Of a stretch of 10,147 nt of DNA, positions 4,873 to 10,147 are shown piece after piece (positions within the stretch are counted from its first letter, which is position 1; each line of letters starts with the position of its first letter). The notes under the pieces are model-generated. The model worked only from the letters and a program-made list of their open reading frames with translations. It was not told where the DNA came from and did not search any database. A program made the translations under genes and the position numbers. Source of the stretch: Vulcanimicrobiaceae bacterium (GTDB lineage Bacteria > Vulcanimicrobiota > Vulcanimicrobiia > Vulcanimicrobiales > Vulcanimicrobiaceae); contig JBHEMM010000005.1 of NCBI GenBank assembly GCA_046262595.1, forward strand, positions 24,609 through 34,755, in the 5' to 3' direction.

Positions 4873-6768
4873 ATGCCACTCCGGGTTAGGCCGAACCGTC
4901 CACCTGCAGCCGCTGCGCTTAAACGAGAAGCGGGGCTGCCGTTCGGCTTGCCCAAGCCGCCGCCGGGCTGGGTCCAGAAGCCGGCGGGCATCAGTTTGTG
5001 TATGATCGTCAAGAACGAAGAGCGCTTTCTCGAGCAGTGCTTGGAGAGCGTCAAAGCGTTCGTCGACGAGATCAATATCGTCGACACCGGATCGACCGAC
5101 AACACGATTGCGATCGCGCGGCGGTACGGCGCCAACGTTCAGGAGCACGCGTGGCGCAACGATTTTTCGTGGGCACGCAATAAAGCGGTGGAGATGGCGA
5201 CGCGCCGCTGGATATTGCAGCTCGACGCGGACGAGGAGCTGCTGCCGGAATCCGGCGCCGCGCTCGCGCAGATTGCGCAAGCGCCGGCGCATCTTACCGG
5301 CGCATGGCTGCGCTGCGTCAACTCCTCGGACCGCTACCGCGGGGGCGGTACGATCTCCCACGCGATCGTCCGCATTTTTCCCAATCATTCCCGCGTGCGT
5401 TTCCACGGTTCGATCCACGAGTTTCCGAGCGTGGACGACTCGCCGCTCTCGATGGCGGCGGTTGTGGTGCCCGTGAAAATCGTGCACCACGGCTATCTCG
5501 CCGAGGTCGTCGCCGGGCGCGGCAAGTACGCGCGGAACATGTCGATCATCGAGCAGAACGTAATCGATCAGCCGCAGGACGCGTTCCACTGGTACAACCT
5601 CGGCATGACGGCTCACTTGAACGGCGAGCACGAACGGGCGGCGCCCGCTCTGGAAAAGATGTGGGAGCTCTGCCTTGTCTGCGGCATGCGCGCGTTTACG
5701 GCCAACGGCCTGCAGATCTTAGCGGACGTCTACAGCGAACACTTAGGCGATCCCGCGCGCGGTTTGAAGTGGGCGCTCGAGTGCCTTCGAAAAGCGCCGC
5801 GTTACGCAAACGCGCATTTTTCGGCCGGCAAAGCGTACTTTCTGCTCAAGCGTTACGACGAATCGCGCGCGATGTACCTCAAAGCCATCGACGACGCTCA
5901 GTATATGGACCGACAGTTCGTCGTGGACGATGAAGTGCCCGTGTGGAAAGCGCAGTGCGAGATTGGGAGCACGTATGCCGAGCAGGACGATCATGCCACC
6001 GCTCTGGAGTGGTTCGAAAAAGGCTTGGCCAACCGTCCGGCGATCCAGCCGCTGCGGATCAACCGGGCGAAGGCGCTCGAGCGCCTCGGCCGTTTTGACG
6101 AAGCCGAGTGGACGTACCGCGCGCTGTACGACGATTTCTCCGATGAAATTTCAGTCGTGGATCTCGTGAACTTCTATTTACGCCGCGGCAGGGATCGCGA
6201 CGCGATCGCGCTGATCGAAGCGAAACATGAGGGCCTCACGCCGCTCGCTTCTACCTCGATGCTGCTTGCGGCGGCGCACGTTTCGCGCAAGAACGGCTGG
6301 AACGACGGTACTGCGTATCTCGACGAAGCGCTTCGGATCGATCCGCAGAACGAAAGCGCGCTTGCCGCGCGCGCCGCTCTGCGCGGCGGCGATTATGAAT
6401 CGGCGCTGGCGCACGCGCGGGAAAATCGCAAAGAGTCAGCGCTGGAGGACCTGCAGCATATCGGCGCCGGTCGCGACGCCGGACACGCATGGCTGCTCAA
6501 GGCGACCCTGCTGCGCGAGTTCGAGCGGCCCGCAGAAGCATTGGAGGCGGCCTCGCAAGCCGCGGTGCTGCTGCCGCAAAGCGTCGAGGCGCTCATGCTC
6601 AAGGCGGCACTGCTCGAAACAGCGGGGCTGACGGAAGGCGCCGAAGCGGCGTTCGTGCAGGCGCTGCCGCTGGCGCGCGCACGCGTGTCGGTCGAACTGG
6701 CGGGATTGTACTTGCGCTCGGGCCGGATCGCCGATGCCAAACGCGTTGCCGAAGAGGCGCTCGCGTAA
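4873..6768 (+). CDS. GT2 glycosyltransferase with TPR-like repeats; probable flagellin O-glycosylation initiating enzyme
   Basis: ISLCMIVKNEE...CLES...IVDTGSTDNT...WRNDFSWARN...WILQLDADE (DxD)...IHE...HHGY, followed by helical TPR-like repeats (FHWYNLG, AHFSAGKAYF, NRAKALERLGRFDEAE). This is the architecture of flagellin-linked GTs such as C. difficile CD0240 and Listeria GmaR. The start is uncertain because there is no SD. Confidence 0.88.
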   Translation: MPLRVRPNRPPAAAALKREAGLPFGLPKPPPGWVQKPAGISLCMIVKNEERFLEQCLESVKAFVDEINIVDTGSTDNTIAIARRYGANVQEHAWRNDFSWARNKAVEMATRRWILQLDADEELLPESGAALAQIAQAPAHLTGAWLRCVNSSDRYRGGGTISHAIVRIFPNHSRVRFHGSIHEFPSVDDSPLSMAAVVVPVKIVHHGYLAEVVAGRGKYARNMSIIEQNVIDQPQDAFHWYNLGMTAHLNGEHERAAPALEKMWELCLVCGMRAFTANGLQILADVYSEHLGDPARGLKWALECLRKAPRYANAHFSAGKAYFLLKRYDESRAMYLKAIDDAQYMDRQFVVDDEVPVWKAQCEIGSTYAEQDDHATALEWFEKGLANRPAIQPLRINRAKALERLGRFDEAEWTYRALYDDFSDEISVVDLVNFYLRRGRDRDAIALIEAKHEGLTPLASTSMLLAAAHVSRKNGWNDGTAYLDEALRIDPQNESALAARAALRGGDYESALAHARENRKESALEDLQHIGAGRDAGHAWLLKATLLREFERPAEALEAASQAAVLLPQSVEALMLKAALLETAGLTEGAEAAFVQALPLARARVSVELAGLYLRSGRIADAKRVAEEALA

Positions 6769-6773
6769 GACGC

Positions 6774-9377
6774 GTGGACTACTCGATCATTATCCCGGCT
6801 TTCAACAAGGCCGAATTGACGCGCAATTGTTTGAACGCCCTGCAGGCATCGCTTGCGGGCGCGGGCCATGGCGAAGTGATCGTCATCGACAATGCCAGTT
6901 CAGACCACACGCCCTCGATGCTCGCAGAATTCGATTGGGTGAAGCTGGTGCGCAACGAGCGCAACACGGGCTTTGCCGCCGCAAACAATCAGGGCGCGCG
7001 CTTGGCGAGCGGCGAGTTTTTGGTGCTGCTCAACAACGATACGGAAGCGCAAGCGGGGTGGCTAGCCGCGATGCTGCGCACGGCGCGCGAAACGAACGCC
7101 GGCGCCGTCGGCGCGCGGCTGGTTTATGCCAATGGCACCGTGCAGCACGCGGGCGTCGTTATCACGCAGGAGCGCTTCGGACGCGCCGGATTCACGCCGT
7201 TCCACGACCTGCAAGGGGCGCCGGCAACGCATCCGCACGTGCTCCAACGGCATGACTTTCAGGCCGTGACGGCCGCGTGTTTGCTTACGCCGCGTTCGCT
7301 GTACCTTGAAACAGGCGGCTTGGACGAGGCGTTTTGGAACGGCTACGAAGACATCGATTATTGTCTTCGCCTGCGTGCCATGGGACGGCAGATTGTTTAC
7401 GAACCTGCGGCGCTGCTCGTGCACTTGGAGTCGCAATCCGGGCCGCAGCGTTTCCGTCGCGCCGCTTGGAACATCGGGCTGCTCGCCGATCGCTGGAACG
7501 GTGAAGTGCGCTTTGATGCGAATGAATTCGCACTCGCGCGCGGGCTCGTCGCCCGGCGCGTGCGTCTGGGGCACGGCTTCACGCAAGAAGAAAACGTTGC
7601 GGTTCCAAAGACGACCCTCGTGGTGCACGGCAGGGATCGCGCCGGCGATCGCGCGTTCGTGACGTCTTTGCACGACAACCATGCGCCGGTCGAACGCGTC
7701 GTCTTCGTGCAGAGCGCCGCGGCGGTGCAGGCGGTACGCGAGCAGATGGAAGTGCGCGGCGACCGCTATCTGGCGCTCGTCGATGCACGGGCTGAACTGC
7801 AGCCGTTTTGGCTTGACGAGCTCGTGCTGCAACTGCAGTTCGCACCGGCTAGCGCAGCAGCCACGTTCGCACCGGAGCTGCCGCTGGGCGAAGATGTCGC
7901 CGTTCCGGCGGCCGACGCGCGGTGCACGCTGCTGCATTTAGCGAAGTTTCCGCAGCACGAACGCCTGGGAGAATTCGATACGTTGGACGGCGCGCTCGCC
8001 GATTTTCTGCTTCGAGGAATCACCGCACGGGCGGGAACCCGCGGGGTGCGCCGGATCATCGCGGCGCTGCCGGCCTGCGCTCGCGACGCGCGCTTCGAAG
8101 AGGCACACGGCATGTCGGTCGCCCACGCGCTTACCGGTGGTGCGGCTGCCATTGAAGCGGCGCTGCGCCGTACGCCCGGCCGCCGGCCCGGCCTGGTGTC
8201 GATTGTGATGCTCAGTTGGAACGCGCCGCAATTCACGAAGATGGCTTTGGAATCGATTCGCGAGCACACGCATGGCAAGTATGAGATCGTCATCGTCGAT
8301 AACGGCTCCCGGCCCGAGACGGTTGATTGGCTCAAGACGCTCGAAGGCGTGCGCATTCTCTACAACGACGACAATCGCGGTTATGCCGGCGGAAATAATC
8401 AAGCGATTGCCGCCGCACGCGGCGAATACGTGGTGCTCTTGAACAACGACGTGATCGTAACCGCCGGCTGGCTCGACCGCCTCCTGCACGCATTCGATCG
8501 CATTCCCGGGCTGGGCGTCTGCGCACCGCGAAGCAACAAAATCGCAGGGGACCAAGTCGTCGTCGACGCCTCCTACGCCGATTTGGTGCAGATGCACGCC
8601 TACGCGGCGGAGCGCACACAGCGCTATCGCGACCGCGGATACGTGACCGACCGCGCGATCGGGTTGTGCTTGTGCATCGACCGGCGCGTCATCGAAGAGG
8701 TCGGCGGCATCGACGAGCGTTTCGGCGTGGGCAACTTCGAGGACGATGATTTTTGTCTGCGCGTGCGCGCCGCGGGATATCGCATCTTCGTGTGCGACGA
8801 CGTGTTCATCCATCATTTCGGCTCGCAGACGTTCGCCGCAAACAACGTTGACTGGACGGCAACGATGCGCGAGAACTGGCCCAAGTTCGCGCGGAAATGG
8901 GCGCTGCCCGACCGTCAGGAGGGCGGCGGTTACACGCCGGCTGCCGCAATTCGGCGCGGTTTCGATCGCGAGCGGCACTACGTACCGCTTCCCGGTCCGC
9001 CGTTGGCGGATGCAGCCGCACCAGCGAAGGAGTATGCGCTGATCTTTACCGCGCCGGTTCGCGACGAACGCGAATGGCAAGATGCCGGCGCTTTTGCACG
9101 CCGGTATCTGCGCGCGTTTGCGTCGGAGCGGCCGGTGCTGCTGGCAATCGCGGCTTTCGGCACGCCGGACGCGCGCACGATAGGCGCGCGGATCGAACGG
9201 TTCGCCCACCGCGAAGGCATCGACCTCGCTGCGGCAGCCGACATCGACGTGAGTGACGCGGCAGACGAAGAAGCCTGGCTAAACGCGCTGCCGGCCGGCG
9301 CGCGCATCAGCGTCGGCGCGGTCGCCGACCGCAGTCCGAGCGGGCTCAGACGTCACGCCGAAGCGTTGTTCGCATGA
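6774..9377 (+). CDS. Multi-domain GT2 glycosyltransferase (two intact GT-A domains plus degenerate modules), about 867 aa
   Basis: Domain 1: YSIIIPAFN...VIDNAS...GFAAANNQG...LLNND...GGLDE...YEDIDYCLR. Second intact domain (from about 8190): VSIVMLSWN...VDNGS...GYAGGNNQA...LLNND...GGIDE...FEDDDFCLR...HHFGSQTF. Start placed at GTG 6774, 5 nt after the upstream stop; the ORF-track extension to 6489 overlaps the previous gene. Confidence 0.88.
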   Translation: MDYSIIIPAFNKAELTRNCLNALQASLAGAGHGEVIVIDNASSDHTPSMLAEFDWVKLVRNERNTGFAAANNQGARLASGEFLVLLNNDTEAQAGWLAAMLRTARETNAGAVGARLVYANGTVQHAGVVITQERFGRAGFTPFHDLQGAPATHPHVLQRHDFQAVTAACLLTPRSLYLETGGLDEAFWNGYEDIDYCLRLRAMGRQIVYEPAALLVHLESQSGPQRFRRAAWNIGLLADRWNGEVRFDANEFALARGLVARRVRLGHGFTQEENVAVPKTTLVVHGRDRAGDRAFVTSLHDNHAPVERVVFVQSAAAVQAVREQMEVRGDRYLALVDARAELQPFWLDELVLQLQFAPASAAATFAPELPLGEDVAVPAADARCTLLHLAKFPQHERLGEFDTLDGALADFLLRGITARAGTRGVRRIIAALPACARDARFEEAHGMSVAHALTGGAAAIEAALRRTPGRRPGLVSIVMLSWNAPQFTKMALESIREHTHGKYEIVIVDNGSRPETVDWLKTLEGVRILYNDDNRGYAGGNNQAIAAARGEYVVLLNNDVIVTAGWLDRLLHAFDRIPGLGVCAPRSNKIAGDQVVVDASYADLVQMHAYAAERTQRYRDRGYVTDRAIGLCLCIDRRVIEEVGGIDERFGVGNFEDDDFCLRVRAAGYRIFVCDDVFIHHFGSQTFAANNVDWTATMRENWPKFARKWALPDRQEGGGYTPAAAIRRGFDRERHYVPLPGPPLADAAAPAKEYALIFTAPVRDEREWQDAGAFARRYLRAFASERPVLLAIAAFGTPDARTIGARIERFAHREGIDLAAAADIDVSDAADEEAWLNALPAGARISVGAVADRSPSGLRRHAEALFA

Positions 9378-10147
9378 GGACGCACCGGAAGTTTCCTTTG
9401 TTCGGCTATCCGCGCGATGGGCAGAAGATGCGCGACACGGCCACGCTCGCGCATCTGGCGGCAGCGCGGCTCGAACCCGTATTGCGCGGCGCGTATCTCG
9501 ATCTGCTCTTTTGCGGCGCGCGGGAATCGGTCTGCATCGCCCTTATCGAGCTGTGCCCGGCGATGATGGACCAGCGTGAGTCCTCGCCATTTATCTGGCC
9601 CGCCGCGGCGGCGCAATTCCTGGATCATGCCGTTGTAACCGCAATCGAAGATGCGCTGCTGCCGTGGATCGAATCGTTGTGCTTCAACCGCGCTTTGAAC
9701 GCGGAAGCGATCCGGTTTTTCGCAGAGGAACCGGCGCGTGAGCGGTTCCGGGCCGCGCGCGAGCGCAGGTTTCTGGGCGCCGCGCCGTACTCGGCCGTCT
9801 TTGCGGCTGCCGCGCCCTATGTTTATGCTGCGCGCTTTTCCGGCGGAAAGCGCGCGAACGCGAGCGATCCGTCCGGCGCAACAGGCGCCGCACTGCTTGC
9901 CAAGAGCGCCGCCTGCGTCACCGCCGACCTTCAGGACGCGCAAGCCTGCGCGCTGGCCGCGCAGTGGTTCGGCCTCGATCTGTACGGCCCCGCCGCTGAA
10001 CGCGCGGACGTGAGCGTTGGAGGCGCCCAGCGCGCGGCGCTGCACGTCGATCTCGCCGCGGTGAACGGTCCGGTCGTTCTGGCAAGTCCCGTGCCGATGG
10101 ACATCACCGTCTCGTTCGATCCGCAAGACGCGCCGCCGGTACGGCGG
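9374..10147 (+). CDS. Hypothetical protein, 3'-truncated (at least 258 codons), containing a degenerate SAM-methyltransferase-like segment
   Basis: ATG 9374 overlaps the upstream TGA (ATGA). The frame is open to the window end: MRTHRKFPLFGYPRDG...LLPWIESLCFNRALNAEAIRFF...PYVYAARFSGGKRANASDPSGATGAALLAKSAACVTADLQDAQACALAAQWFG...PVPMDITVSFDPQDAPPVRR. It is absent from the ORF track because it has no stop in the window. Confidence 0.8.
   Translation, partial: MRTHRKFPLFGYPRDGQKMRDTATLAHLAAARLEPVLRGAYLDLLFCGARESVCIALIELCPAMMDQRESSPFIWPAAAAQFLDHAVVTAIEDALLPWIESLCFNRALNAEAIRFFAEEPARERFRAARERRFLGAAPYSAVFAAAAPYVYAARFSGGKRANASDPSGATGAALLAKSAACVTADLQDAQACALAAQWFGLDLYGPAAERADVSVGGAQRAALHVDLAAVNGPVVLASPVPMDITVSFDPQDAPPVRR

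Noticed and set aside
6489..6773. ORF-track N-terminal extension of the 962-aa glycosyltransferase
   Set aside because: It overlaps the GT2-TPR gene by 280 nt in another frame and reads as Arg/Gly/Ala-rich shadow sequence; GT2 homology starts at GTG 6774.
6751..6776. GAGG followed 7 nt later by GTAA, suggesting a lost GTGA start/stop overlap
   Set aside because: Cannot be tested without homologues, and the in-frame GTG 6774 provides an adequate coupled start.
7938..9209. Long minus-strand ORFs (423 aa here; also 135-983, 1481-2161, 4867-5631, 7062-7937)
   Set aside because: They are antisense shadows of well-supported + strand genes, expected in GC-rich DNA, and show no recognisable motifs.
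9353..10126. 257-aa minus-strand ORF as the real gene at the window end
   Set aside because: The + strand frame from 9374 has an ATGA coupling, operon orientation and protein-like composition; the minus ORF is Arg-rich with no motifs.
1..10147. CRISPR array, IS/transposase, integrase, tRNA/rRNA, or an invertible flagellar switch
   Set aside because: No spaced direct repeats, terminal inverted repeats, recombinase motifs or RNA-gene signatures were seen; intergenic gaps are short and explained by SDs, a promoter, the leader and a terminator.

Overview
GC-rich bacterial DNA with all real genes on the + strand. It is a flagellar filament locus: flgK (5' end outside the window), flgL, fliW, csrA, a sigma-28 promoter, flagellin fliC/hag and an intrinsic terminator. 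A probable flagellin-glycosylation cluster follows directly: a GT2-TPR glycosyltransferase, a multi-domain GT2 protein, and a 3'-truncated ORF missing from the ORF track. The flgK-flgL-fliW-csrA-flagellin layout is the known FliW/CsrA/flagellin partner-switch module described in Bacillus, so the core system is not new. Less ordinary points: (i) CsrA-type C[ANGGAG]G hairpins sit on the ribosome-binding sites of fliC, flgL and csrA itself; (ii) FlgK and FlgL share a related inserted domain, and FlgK has a second insert; (iii) the glycosylation genes appear to carry catalytically degenerate GT-A, GT-B-like and SAM-methyltransferase-like modules; (iv) the flagellin C-terminal motifs are divergent. 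No mobile elements, CRISPR arrays, tRNA or rRNA genes were seen. All assignments come from reading motifs by eye; no searches or folding programs were run.
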